From Macrostomum hystrix (lineage: Eukaryota; Animalia; Platyhelminthes), in assembly GCA_950097015.1 (NCBI GenBank), contig CATNEN010000003.1:6138001-6202000 (forward strand): a DNA stretch of 64,000 nucleotides, given 5' to 3'. The position numbers and the translations under genes were made by a program. Position 1 is the first letter of the stretch; the number at the start of each line of letters is the position of its first letter. Below, in pieces: positions 1 to 13,879 of this stretch. Below the pieces are notes generated by a model. The model saw nothing but the letters and a program-made list of their open reading frames with translations, had not been told where the DNA came from and searched no databases.

Positions 1-383
1 CCAACATTAGCTGGGATAATTGAGGGTGGGAGTAGCGCAGGGTTTGGCAAACTTATTAGCGTGCGGGCTACGGAGAGAACACAGAAAAGACGACAGCGGG
101 CCGCAATGACTTATGAGAAGGAGAGAGATAAGTCACACGATAGATAAGACAGTGGAGATATGAGACAGTGGAGAGATGATAATCTTCATCTCCAATTGAG
201 AAAGAGATGAGACAGGATACTATAGGTGTTGGAAGGGGCATTGGGCCGGATTAGGGAGCAACGAGGGCCTGATCTGGCCCGCGGGCCCGAGTTTGCCGAC
301 CCCTGGAGTAGCGTCTTCCCAGTCCGTGGACTGAACAGCTGTACGCAGCCTTCAAATGCGCCGCGCAATAGCTACAGCTGCGA
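1..383 (+). mobile_element. 3' part of tRNA-derived SINE (family B), interrupted by a hAT MITE
   Basis: CATTAGCTGGG.TAATT..GGGTGGG and CCAGTCC.TGGACTGAAC...CAAT.GCT.C.GCT match 1835-1930 once 38-305 is removed. Confidence 0.6.
38..305. mobile_element. hAT-superfamily MITE
   Basis: TIRs CAGGGTTTGGCAAAC / GTTTGCCGACCCCTG; perfect 8-bp TSD GAGTAGCG at 30-37 and 306-313. Confidence 0.85.
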
Positions 384-503
384 TAATTGATATTATCGAA
401 GTAATCGATGGGAATTCATATTTTTAGCACAATAACCTTTTGCTTTTTTCATACTTTTAGGTGTTTTTCATTTTCATTTTTAAGTCGTTTATACGCCTTT
501 TAG

Positions 504-3500
504 GCCCAACGAGAGCGCCGACCCCTGGCTCAGCACTGCTTCATCAAATCTCTGGATCTGGATCCGGGCCAAGCTGAAGTGTGGACAGCTCTGGGCCTAT
601 TCTATTGCCAGCTGGACAAGCTTGAGCACGGAGCTGCCTGCTTTCGCAAAGCAATCGACGCCGATCCCACAATGTCTGCTGCTTGGGCCAGCTGCGCCAT
701 TGTGGCCAGGATTGAGGGAAAGCAGAGCCAGATGCGGGACCTGCTGCGTCACGCTTGCAGCCTGCCTAATCCGCCGCTTGAGGTTATAATCGTGTTTTGA
801 TATTTTTTAATAGCCGATATGTATCGAAAAACTGATTGCCATAATATTTAGGGCATTTTTTCATTTTCTCCTAGCTTTTTTACTGCCGATGTGCTATCAA
901 ATAGATAAAATATCGCAGAAAATTACACTTAACAATTGTGTATCAATAGTTTATTAAATGGGATTTTTATCGTAGTTTAAAAATTTATTTTTTTTCTAAT
1001 CATATTGGCAGTAGTCAAATGTAGAAAAATTATCTTTTATTATTGCTTGACGGCGTAAATGAATTAAAGAAAGTACTAGAAAACATATGATTTATATTTT
1101 ATATGATTTATAGTTTACTTTTTGAGGTCTGTATTGCCGATTTGCGTCGAAAAAATGTTTTAAAAACTCGAACTCGCGACCTTTTGCATAAACCAACTAT
1201 GCAGGCTCTCCGCGAATTCACCCACTGCGTTGCCATGGAGATCACTAAGCGCCTAACAGGCAATGAATCATACTCTAGTCAATTTGGCAGCGAGTCTCAG
1301 CAATTATCCCTGACAGCCATCGATGCCTTGGCTATGCTAGCAATTCAAGCGTCCGAGTCTACTCTACCCCTAGCCCAGAGTCTGTGGCACAGACTGGGCC
1401 TACTTAATCATCGTCTGCTGTGCTTGGAACGCCTCGGTCTAGTCCGGGCCTCAGCCACTGTGGCTTCGGATCTGTTGCAGCTGGCTCTGGATGATATGCG
1501 ACTAGCCGAAAATGTTGCAGAAGAAGAGGCCGCAGCGGCTGCCTTCTCGGAGTCGTCGTTGGAGCTGCGAGCGACCATTTCTAATTGTTTGAGATGCCTC
1601 ACCTTGGCTGGAGAGTATTCCACGGTAGCGGCTAGGGCTAGTTATTTGCAAGAGTTCGTTGGCAGTGATCTTTCTGCTCAGGTGAGAATTTTCATGATTA
1701 TATGGCTTTAGTTGGATTCACAACTTGTAGGTCAGGAGTTCGATTCCTGTCCTGACTTGAACAGTTTTGTGTTCTTTAGTAAAATTATTCATTCTGCGTT
1801 GCTTCAGTGCACCCAGCTGTTAAATTGGGAACCAGCATTAGCTGGGGTAATTTAGGGTGGGTTTGGCGTCCCCCCAGTCCATGGACTGAACGCAGCGTTC
1901 TGATGCTCCCCACAATTGCTGCGGCTTTGCTCAGCAATATAAAGGATAAATATATAAAGATATAAAGGTTATTATATTTTTAAGCAAAAATGTTTTTGAG
2001 AAATTTGTTGCTTTAATACTGCCGATATGTATCGAAAATTATATGTTGTTTTTTTACTTCGATGTTTCTACTTTTTGAAATTTGTTTTCTCTTTTGCAGT
2101 CTTTTAACTTGTAGACTCATTTTTTGAAGGCTTTTTCAAACTTTTCGACATAAAACTTGATGTGTTATCCCCTCACTCCAGGACATGTGCTACATAGGCT
2201 TCAGTGTGGCGAAATCATCTTCAAGAGATTCGCCTGACGCGCTAGAGAAACTCGAAATTGCCACCTGGTACTTTAGCGAAGCTGTGGAACGCGTCACAGT
2301 TCAAGAACTGGCTGGCTCGGTATGGGCTACAGTCATGGCGGCCGCTGAACATCTGGACAATCCCGACACTGGCACCGACGCTATGGGATCAGCGCTGGAG
2401 TTGGCGCCTAAAGATGCAGGGGTTGTGCGCTGCGTGCTCGCCTATGTGTCCCTGCGCCTGCCGAAAATGGTGATGCTTGGTAGATCTTCATCGTACAATA
2501 TCAGAATCCCATCTCACATTGTCAAGATCCCCTTCTCACATAATCAGAATCCCATCTCACATTGTCAAGATCCCATCTCAAAAGATCAAGATCCCATCTC
2601 ACAATATCAAGATCCCATCTCAGAATATCAAGATCTCATCTCAGAATATCAAGATCCCATCTCACAATATCAAGATCCCATCTCACAATTTCAAGATCCC
2701 ATCTCACAATATCAAGATCACATCTCACAATTTCAAGATCCCATCTCACAATATCAAGATCACATCTCACAATTTCAAGATCCCATCTCACAATATCAAG
2801 ATCCCATCTCACAATATCAAGATCCCATCTCAGAATATCAGAATCCCATCTCACAATATCAAGATCCCATCTCAGATTATCAGAATCCCATCTCACATTG
2901 TCAAGATCCCATCTCACAATATCAAGATCCCATCTCACAATATCAAGATCCCATCTCAGAATATCAGAATCCCATCTCACAATATCAAGATCCCATCTCA
3001 GAATATCAGAATCCCATCTCACATTGTCAAGATCCCATCTCACAATATCAGAATCCTATCTCACAATATCAAGATCCCATCTCACATTGTCAAGATCCCA
3101 TCTCACAATATCAGAATCCCATCTCACATTGTCAAGATCCCATCTCACAATATCAGAATCCCATCTCACATTGTCAAGATCCCATCTCACAATATCAGAA
3201 TCCCATCTCACATTGTCAAGATCCCATCTCACAATATCAGAATCCCATCTCACATTGTCAAGATCCCATCTCAAAAGATCAAGATCCCATCTCACAATAT
3301 CAGAATCCCATCTCACATTGTCAAGATCCCATCTCACAATATCAGAATCCCATCTCACATTGTCAAGATCCCATCTCACAATATCAGAATCCCATCTCAC
3401 ATTGTCAAGATCCCATCTCACATTGTCAAGATCCCATCTCACAATATCAGAATCCCATCTCACATTGTCAAGATCCCATCTCACAATATCAGAATCCCAT

Positions 3501-4211
3501 CTCACAATATCAAGATCCCATCTCACATTGTCAAGATCCCATCTCACAATATCAGAATCCCATCTCACATTGTCAAGATCCCATCTCACAATATCAGAAT
3601 CCTATCTCACAATATCAAGATCCCATCTCACATTGTCAAGATCCCATCTCACAATATCAGAATCCCATCTCACATTGTCAAGATCCCATCTCACAATAGT
3701 TTATCCCCATCTCATCGCACAGGTTGCTCCTGGCCTAGAGATGCTGCGCTCTCTTCTACCTGAAGCTACAGCCAAATCTGATCCTCAGCTTAATCTATAC
3801 ACAATATTCAAAGCTTGCTCATCTGGCGAGCACAGCGTTGCCATAGCAACCGCTGTGAACCTACTGTTGCTAGCTAGGAGCAATGTGGAACGAGCCACCG
3901 CCTGGATTGCGGCCTTGCGCACTTCGCTTGTCATCAGTGAATCCAGTACAAACGGCAGTCTGAAATCACTAAGCTGTTTAGCCGTGTTTGAAGTAGGCAC
4001 CCAGCAGCTGGCTCGCCTCACGGCCCCTATTGAACATCGTGATTATGTTGGCAACTATATCGACGAAGTTTTCGCTTGTCTGACCTCGTCGGAAAATATA
4101 AGAGCTGCCTGTACTAATAAAAATGGTAGAACTCGTTCCATAGTTCAAAGACTGTGCGCCGCGGCGGCTAGATATCCGACTTTAAGTCTGATTGTCGACC
4201 TTCTGCGTTAG
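504..4211 (+). CDS. TTC37: Tetratricopeptide repeat protein 37 / SKI3 subunit of the SKI complex, 3' exons (5' end outside window)
   Basis: Exons 504-782, 1205-1681, 2182-2469, 3723-4211 join in frame via GT-AG introns; LAQHCFIKSL...AEVWTALGLFY...FRKAIDADP...DLLRH matches the Ski3/TTC37 TPR region. Confidence 0.8.
1702..1940 (+). mobile_element. tRNA-derived SINE (family B, CORE-like central domain) in TTC37 intron
   Basis: A-box-like TGGCTTTAGTTGG, B box GTTCGATTCC, central CTTCAGTGCACCCAGCTGTTAAATTGGG; shares 3' part with 1-383. Confidence 0.6.
2495..3697. repeat. 21-bp minisatellite (CAAGATCCCATCTCACAATAT) in TTC37 intron
   Basis: Direct tandem array; source of the repetitive ORFs at 2185-4211. 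Confidence 0.95.
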
Positions 4212-4254
4212 ATGCCAAATATTTGTTTGAAAAAAGACTAAATACACTCCGAAT

Positions 4255-5215
4255 ATCTAAAAATTAACACCTTTATGTTTGGTTATTAATTTACATTTTA
4301 ATTTTGTTCTCACGTCAGATCCACCCGCAAAACGCCCACTATGCCATTTTGTCTTCAATGTACATTCTTTCTCTCCCCCCGGTGGGACATTTACTATACG
4401 CCCCTCTGTACGCCCCACCGGCGCAATCCCACCAGTCACCGGTGGGTGGGCGTACGGTTTGGCCAAGCGCCCCGCTGGTGGCCCGCCGGCGCGGGTAGGG
4501 GCGGGGGTGGGGGCGCAGGGTAAATAAAATTCGGCGCATATCCTCAAAGTCTACTGTTAGTAGGCTGTGCAGTATTTTTTGAGCGCAGTAATTGAGCCGC
4601 CGGTGGGGGCGCAGAGTAACTAAAATTTGGCGCAATTTCCTCACAGTCTACTGTTAGTAGGCTGTGCTGTATTTTTTGAGCGCCGTAAAAAGCCTAGCAG
4701 CAGGTCCGCTCCTGCCCCAGCAGCTCCGCTCGCCACGCTGCCCCCTCGCTCCTGACCATGTACTTTTCATACGTATGTTTCATTTTGTTGTATGCATGCC
4801 GTATATATAAAGCGGCAGTCACTTTAAATAAATAAAATTGAACATGCTCATATAAATTTCCTATTCGTCACCGCTATAAATGGTTTACGAATATGTCTCT
4901 TCTAGTCTCATTAAATACTTGAGACTATCTGGGGGCCCCCAGACCAACCACAAAAGCACCCACCACTCCATTTTTTCGTCAATGTACATTCTTTCTCTCC
5001 CCCAGACCAACCACAAAAGCACCCACCACTCCATTTTTTCGTCAATGTACATTCTTTCTCTCACCCCTAGACCAACCCCAAAAACACCCACCACCCCATT
5101 TTTTCAAAGTACATTCACTCGTTCCCCCAGATCAACCACCAGAAAACCTACCACCCTATTAGCTACTCCTAAGTGCATCACAATTAAAATTTTTACAAGT
5201 AATTTAAAACTCTAA
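4255..5215. repeat. Unclassified GC-rich repetitive insert with internal direct repeats
   Basis: Repeated CCATTTTT.CGTCAATGTACATTCTTTCTCTC motif (about 4345, 4970, 5035) and duplicated GTCTACTGTTAGTAGGCTGTGC block; no credible ORF. Confidence 0.4.
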
Positions 5216-5505
5216 TCTGTTTTGTTATTTTAATATTTATTTATATATTTGTTACCGGTCGCTTAAAGTACTTATTTGTTTTTTTAATATACATTTTTGA
5301 CTTGTAGTTGAAGTCATATCAACTTTTTAATCATTTTTATCGAAATAAAAAGCTATATGAAATACGAATTATAATGTTTAGTCGACTAAATAAATCGTTA
5401 CATTTTCTTTTGAAAATAGTTTATGCTGTCGCAAATACAATAAAGCATCGTTATTTAAATTAACTTTCAGCTGTAAAAATCCTAGAAAAACTAGCGCAAA
5501 GCATA

Positions 5506-7089
<1,584 letters not shown>

Positions 7090-7681
7090 AATAAAGCATC
7101 TTTTGTTTGACCACGACGCCATAAATATTAAAATCATGCTAGCATAGATTGTAAATTAAAACAATTATGCATACTGAGAAAATATTTCAATAAATAGCTT
7201 AATATTACTATTGTTAAAGAAACGAAGAATGATTCTAAATTTTCTAATTATGTCGCTGATTATAAAAAAATGTTGATTCACGTGTGCCGAAAATATAGTT
7301 AAATTTGTTTTTTGTCATGTTTACTCTTTACTGTCTTATTTATTTAAAAACCGTATAGTTTTATTAATATTATTTACTATAATAGGTCAAATAAAGGTAG
7401 TTTAACAAATTTCCGGGTTTTCATTTCCAAGAAACGTGTCGTTATTTTTGTTTATTCAAGTTCAATACCATTCCGTCAAATATTCAAAGCTCCCAAAGAC
7501 TGCTTTAGTATAATGCCGGGACCACTCAAAATAGATAAATATTTATGTACGAGGGTAGACTTGTTTTCGTAAAAAAAATTTCCTTTGTAAAACATTTGTA
7601 ACTTTGGCTTTAATTTTGTATTTGTTTTTTTTAATTGCTTGAAGTATAAGACACAATATTTCTTAAAAAACTTGCCTTTCT

Positions 7682-8030
7682 GGGGGGTGTGAGCGGCAGA
7701 GCGGTTAACGCGTTTGCCTCTCGCACCAAGGTCCCTAAGTTCGATTCCGCGGCGAGGCCACATTTATTTGGGGCGCAGCCGCGGAGAGAAGGCTTGGGGG
7801 CTTGTCGTGCAATTTACGCCCTTGAGGGCCAACCTCCAAGGCACAATGAGAGTGTACACTGCCTGACGATGAGAAAGTCAGGGCAGATGTACACACCTGT
7901 GTCAGCGTCTGCCTGCGTACAGTATCTGTGTGCGTGTGTGCTCAGGAGTCAGCGAAATGGGCAGAACTGCCTCCTCGCTGGCTGCGGGTCTAGCGTCAGC
8001 AATTGATGTGTCACCAAATGAATTCATTTG
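7682..8030 (+). mobile_element. tRNA-derived SINE (family A), full-length copy
   Basis: A box GGCAGAGCGG, B box GTTCGATTCC; body near-identical to 13413-13725 and 26890-27795. Confidence 0.8.
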
Positions 8031-8054
8031 CAGACTTCAAAGACCAGACTTTGA

Positions 8055-9600
8055 ATGAGTTCGCTAGACGGCAAAGAGCGCTCCTGGAAGCCAGCAGACT
8101 GGATGTCCGAACTGACGCCAGCAGTCACCGAGCTGCCACTGTGCCACCTGGCCCTGCCGGGCTCTCACGATAGTTTTGCGTCAAGTTTCGATCTGCGACG
8201 ATCGCTTGGTCCCGACTCGCCCGAGGTTCTGCTGGCTTTGCTGAATAATCCTCTGGGCAGGCGTCTAGTTCGTCGCTGGTCTAAGACTCAATCTTTGAGT
8301 CTGTTGGATCAGCTGGAGGCCGGCGTTCGCTATCTGGATTTGAGAGTCGCTCTGATTAAAGGCAATTTTTACCTGCTGCACTCTCTAGTGGCTATCAGTG
8401 TGCCGGATGCTTTGGATGAGGTTGGTCATATTGCTCATGTACTGATCTATTGATCATTGCTCATAATATGATCAAATCTACCTACTAAATATTGGCCACG
8501 ATATGACCAATTCGATTTTCTGATCATTGGTCACTGTATGACTAAATATATTTAGTGATCATTGGTCACTGTATGACTTAATCTATTTACTGATCATTGG
8601 TCAGTGTATGACTAAATATATTTAGTGATCATTGGTCACTGTATGACTAAATATATTTAGTGATCATTGCTCACTGTATGACTTAATCTATTTACTGATC
8701 ATTGGTCAGTGTATGACTAAATATATTTACTGATCATTGGTCAGTGTATGACTAAATATATTTAGTGATCATTGGTCAGTGTATGACTAAATATATTTAG
8801 TGATTATTGGTCAGTGTATGACTAAATATATTTAGTGATCATTGGTCAGTGTATGACTAAATATATTTAGTGATCATTGGTCACTGTATGACTAAATATA
8901 TTTAGTGATCATTGGTCAGTGTATGACTAAATATATTTAGTGATCATTGGCGATGATTCAACCAATCATTTCTAACTGTAAATATTTCCCCTACCGAAAC
9001 CCGAAGGTCGCCACCTTCGCAGCCGCTCACCCGAACGAGGCCATCCTGCTGGACTTCAATCACTTCTACTCCATGGACAGCCTGGCAGACATGCAAGCCT
9101 TTCAGCAACTGCTGGTCGTCAAGCTGGGGACGCGACTTCACCCGCCGCCGCCGCAGCAGCAGCAGCAGCAGCAGCAGCCGCTAGTTCCAAGCCTGTCGCA
9201 GCTCCGCTCCCAAGGTCACTCTGTGCTGGCATTCCAGGCTTCAAAATACTCGCAGGTTGACCTGCCGCACCTGTGGGAGGGAGGGAGGTGGATGCCCAGC
9301 CCGTGGCCAAACACAACCAGCGTTGCCAGCATGGTGTCAGCTCTAGACCAGACCTACTCGATTGAGCATAGCAACAATTTTCTAGTGCTGCAAGGCGTGT
9401 TAACACCCGATGTCGGCTTCATTGTCAAACATCCTCTGAGCAGTCTGAAAAGCTCCCTTAGTCTGCCTAGCAACGAGGCCATTGTGAACTGGCTCAAAGG
9501 TAAAAAATCACTAGATAAGCACGGCGTGAATGTGGCCATCACCGACTTTGTTGAAGCCAACGGATTCATTGAGGCTGTGGCCGCACTCAACTTTCAGTGA
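8055..9600 (+). CDS. PLCXD: PI-PLC X domain-containing protein, copy 1
   Basis: Exons 8055-8420 and 9007-9600; DWMS.L...LALPGSHDS, TQ.L....QL.AGVRYLDLR, LLDFNHFY, SPWPNTT, LQGVLTP, VN....DFV. Confidence 0.9.
8450..8950. repeat. 35-bp minisatellite in PLCXD copy 1 intron
   Basis: TGATCATTGGTCAGTGTATGACTAAATATATTTAG tandem array. Confidence 0.9.
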
Positions 9601-9914
9601 GCAATCAACTTTAAGGAGGCCTGCGATTTTTTCGACAATTTTACGACTTGAGATTTCGAAAATTTTACTGTCTTCGATGAAGAGATACATTTTTTATCTA
9701 TTTTTTAATTCTATTTTTAGTTAAGCGAAATGTTTTTTACAGTTTTAAATTTTTTGTGCATAAAACTCATCCTTTTTATTAAAATGTGTTAAATATATTT
9801 TCTTTGCCAATAGTGCTTCGAAAATTACGTAATAGTAATCTGACCAATGTCGTTTTACGCCAATTACAAACAACAAAGACTCACTATTTATAAAACCTAG
9901 CGCAAACAATCGCA

Positions 9915-10400
9915 TAGTGACCAGAACGAATTCCCACACAAATGATCAGAACAAAGACCTACACCAATGATCAGAACCGAGGCCAACAGAAATGATCAGA
10001 ACAAAGACCTACACAAATTATCAGAACCGAGGCCAACAGAAATGATCAGAACAAAGACCTACACAAATGATCAGAACCGAGGCCAACACAAATGATCAGA
10101 ACCAAGACCTACACAAATGATCAGAACCAAGACCTACACAAATGATCAGAACCAAGACCTACACAAATGATCAGAACCGAGGCCAACACAAATGATCAGA
10201 ACAAAGACCTACACAAATGACCAGAACCAAGACCTACACAAATGATCAGAACCAAGACCTACACAAATGATCAGAACCAAGACCCACACAAATGATCAGA
10301 ACCAAGACCTACACAAATGATCAGAACCAAGACCCACACAAATGATCAGAACCAAGACCTACACAAATGATCAGAACCAAGACCCACACAAATGACCAGA
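9915..10400. repeat. 25-bp intergenic minisatellite
   Basis: AATGATCAGAACCAAGACCTACACA tandem array. Confidence 0.9.
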
Positions 10401-10764
10401 ATCGAAATCCACCAATGGTCTGCACGAAACTTTTTAAATATTGCTTCGTTGTTCAGAAAATTATTTTTCTTATATTTTAAATGTTTTCGGTTTTTTGTTA
10501 TTCGCCGACAATTATTTTACATCTGCCTTTCATTATCTCCTAATCTCTCTTATCCTTCTTGTGTTTTTTCCCGTAATTTTTCGTGAGTTGAAATTTTTGC
10601 CTTAAACGAATAAATCTGAAAATTTGGAATTTAATTACTAATTGCTATTTTATTAATTATAAAAATTGAATTTATTTGGTTTTTTTAATTTGCTTGCTTG
10701 ATAATAAGCAAAAATAATTTAATTCTTGGACCCTACAATGACCATAGACATTAGTGCCAACCTG

Positions 10765-10910
10765 CTTGGCACAGTGAAAGTGTACACAGTCAAGGTGGAT
10801 GTACACACCTGTGTGCGTGTGCTCAGGAGGTCAGCGAATTGGGCAGAATTGCCTCCTCGCTGGCTGCGGGTCTGGTGTCACCAAATGATGTTCCATTGCC
10901 CGCAGCCCTC
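10765..10910 (+). mobile_element. 3' fragment of SINE family A
   Basis: GATGTACACACCTGTG...GCTCAGGAG.TCAGCGAA..GGGCAGAA.TGCCTCCTCGCTGGCTGCGGGTCT..TGTCACCAAATGA matches the other copies. Confidence 0.7.
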
Positions 10911-11041
10911 CGTCAATTATTTTTATTATGGCCCCTCAAACTAGACTCTGTTACATAAATTACACCTGTCAATCACTGAAACAATCGTATTAATAAACAA
11001 TGGAAAACCGAAAACCCGCAGTCTTCGCTGAATTTTTATCA

Positions 11042-13042
11042 ATGTCGGCAAGCTCCGCAACATTCTCTGGCGCCGACTGGATGTCGCGACTGCCGACTGC
11101 GGCTGTTGAACTACCTCTGTGCCAGATGGCCCTGCCTGGCTCTCATGACAGTTGTACAGAATTCCTGGATTGTCACCGCCCTATGGGGCCTGACGCCTTG
11201 GAGGCTCCGAAACGGTTGGTTGACTTTCCTCTTATTCTTCAGGACCTCAGTTTTCTGTCCTCCGATTCTTCAGGACCTCAGTTTTCTGTCCTCCGATTCT
11301 TCAGGACCTCAGTTTTCTGTCCTCCGATTCTTCAGGACCTCAGTTTTCTGTCCTCCGATTCTTCAGGACCTCAGTTTTCTGTCCTCCGATTCTTCAGGAC
11401 CTCCGTTTTCTATCCTCCGATTCTTCAGGACCTCCGTTTTCTATCCTCCGATTCTTCAGGACCTCCGTTTTCTGTCCTCCGATTCTTCAGGACCTCCGTT
11501 TTCTGTCCTCCGATTATTCAGGACCTCAGTTTTCTGTCCTCCGATTCTTCAGGACCTCCGTTTTCTGTCCTCCGATTATTCAGGACCTCAGTTTTCTGTC
11601 CTCCGATTCTTCAGGACCTCCGTTTTCTGTCCTCCGATTCTTCAGGACCTCAGTTTTCTGTCCTCCGATTCTTCAGGACCTCCGTTTTCTGTCCTCCGAT
11701 TCTTCAGGACCTCCGTTTTCTGTCCTCCGATTCTTCAGGACCTCAGTTTTCTGTCCTCCGATTCTTCAGGACCTCAGTTTTCTGTCCTCCGATTCTTCAG
11801 GGCCTCGGCTTTCTATCCTCTGATTCTTCAGGGCCTCAGCTTTCTATCCTCTGATTCTTCAGGGCCTAATTTTTTTATCCTCTGATTCTTCAGGAACTCA
11901 GTTTTCTATCCTCCGATTCTTCAGGGCCTCGGCTTTCTATCCTCTGATTCTTCAGGGCCTCGGCTTTCTATTCTGATTCTTCAGGGCCACTCTATCAGAC
12001 ATTAAAAAATCAATTAATCTGTTAATCCATATTCAGCTACTTCAACAGCACTGTGGGCAGGTACTACATGCGCAGCTGGTGGCGGACACAGAGTCTCACC
12101 ATTCGTCAACAGCTGGACGCCGGGGTTCGCTATCTGGACTTGCGGCTGGCTAAACTCGACGACGGCTTCAGACTGCTGCATTCGCTCATATCCATCAGTC
12201 TGGAGGAGGTCCTTGATCAGGTGTGTGCAATTTAACACTTGACCCACTGAGAGAGGTACTTGATTAGACTTAAATGACACTTGACCCATCTTAAATGACA
12301 TCTGACCCATCTAAAATGGCATCTGACCCATCTAAAATGGCATCTAACCCATCTAAAATGGCATCTGACCCATCTAAAATGGCATCTGACCCATCTAAAA
12401 TGGCATCTGACCCGTCTAAAATGGCACCTGACCCATACCTTGGATCAGATCTCGGACTTCGTTAACGCCCACTCGGCCGAAGTGGTTCTGTTAGATTTCA
12501 ATCATCTCTACTGCATGGACAGCCTCGCTGATCTGCTGGAGTTTCAAAGCCTTCTAGTTGACAAGCTTGGATCTCGACTTCACCCGCCGCCGCCGCAGCA
12601 GCAGCAGCAGCAGCAGCAGCCGCTAGTTCCAAGCCTTTTGCAGCTCCGCTCCCAAGGTCACTCTGTGCTGGCATTCCAGGCTTCAAAATACTCGCAGGTT
12701 GACCTGCCGCACCTGTGGGAGGGAGGGAGGTGGATGCCCAGCCCGTGGCCAAACACAACCAGCGTTGCCAGCATGGTGTCAGCTCTAGACCAGACCTACT
12801 CAATTGAGCATAGCAACAATTTCCTAGTGCTGCAAGGCGTGTTAACACCGAATGCTAATTTCATTGTCGAACATCCTCTGAGCAGTCTGAAAAGCTCCCT
12901 TGGTCTGCCCAGCAACAAGGCCATTGTGAACTGGCTCAAAGGTAAAAAGTCGCTAGATAAGCACGGCGTGAATGTGGCCATCACCGACTTTGTTGAAGCC
13001 AACGGATTCATTGAGGCTGTGGCCGCACTCAACTTTCAGTGA
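11042..13042 (+). CDS. PLCXD: PI-PLC X domain-containing protein, copy 2
   Basis: Exons 11042 (or 11000)-11214, 12037-12220, 12449-13042 join in frame; same PLCXD motifs as copy 1. Confidence 0.88.
11230..11985. repeat. 31-bp minisatellite in PLCXD copy 2 intron 1
   Basis: TTCTTCAGGACCTCAGTTTTCTGTCCTCCGA tandem array. Confidence 0.95.
12270..12436. repeat. 21-bp minisatellite in PLCXD copy 2 intron 2
   Basis: CTGACCCATCTAAAATGGCAT tandem array. Confidence 0.85.
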
Positions 13043-13412
13043 TTTTAGAATCAGTGTTTGCAATTGCAATTTTATTTCATTTGTTTTGTTATTTTACGTT
13101 GTCGAATATTTTGTTCCAAAATCAGCTGCTGTGCAATTTTACATTTCTACACCCGAGCACACGCACACAACACTTCCGCGTGAATTACAACAGCTTTCCA
13201 TTTTAATTATATAGAAAATATCTGATTGGTTTCTTTTTTTAATGTGTGCTAAACTATCAAGGTGGATATTTATTCGGTTTCCGAAATATACAAACTTTTA
13301 TTTTGCTTTTAAGAGCCCGCAATTTTTGGTTTCTTTGACATGAAATTTATGAATGGACTTTGTGAGCTTACTGTTTCCTGGAAATCAACTTAATACATGA
13401 AATTGCCATTAT

Positions 13413-13725
13413 GGGAGTCGGTGGCAGAGCGGTTAACGCGTTTGCCTCTCGCACGAAGGTCCCGAAGTTCGATTCCACTCATTTGGGTAGAGAAGGCTTG
13501 GGGGCTTGTTGTGCAATTTACGCCTTTGAGAGCCAACCTCCAAGGCACAGTGAGAGTGTACACTGCCTGACTATGAGAAAGTCAGGGCAGGTGTACCCAT
13601 CTGTGTGAGCGTGTGCCTGCGTACGGTATCTGTGTGCGTGTGTGCTCAGGAGTCAGCGAAATGGGCTGAAGGCTGGCTGCGGGTCTAGTGTCACCAAATG
13701 ATGTGCCATTGCCCGCAGCCCTCCT
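13413..13725 (+). mobile_element. tRNA-derived SINE (family A)
   Basis: GGGAGTCGGTGGCAGAGCGG...GTTCGATTCC head and the same body as 7682-8030. Confidence 0.8.
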
Positions 13726-13879
13726 GCTATTATCATTATTATCAAGATTGCCATCCCAATATGGGGATCTTCTGGGTGATAGAAATCCCAATATGAGGAT
13801 CGGGGATATTGGTTTCCTAATCTGTGGATCTGGCAGATTGACATCCCCAATATGAGACTCTGGGTGATATATATCCTCA

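Noticed and set aside
2477-3763. Long repetitive ORFs (QDPISQY, IPSHNIK, SRSHLTI)
   Set aside because: Translations of a 21-bp intronic minisatellite; the flanking TTC37 exons splice across it in frame
7682-7760. tRNA gene candidates (also 1702, 13413, 26890, 26700, 27600)
   Set aside because: A/B boxes are followed by a shared non-tRNA body; they are SINE heads rather than tRNA genes
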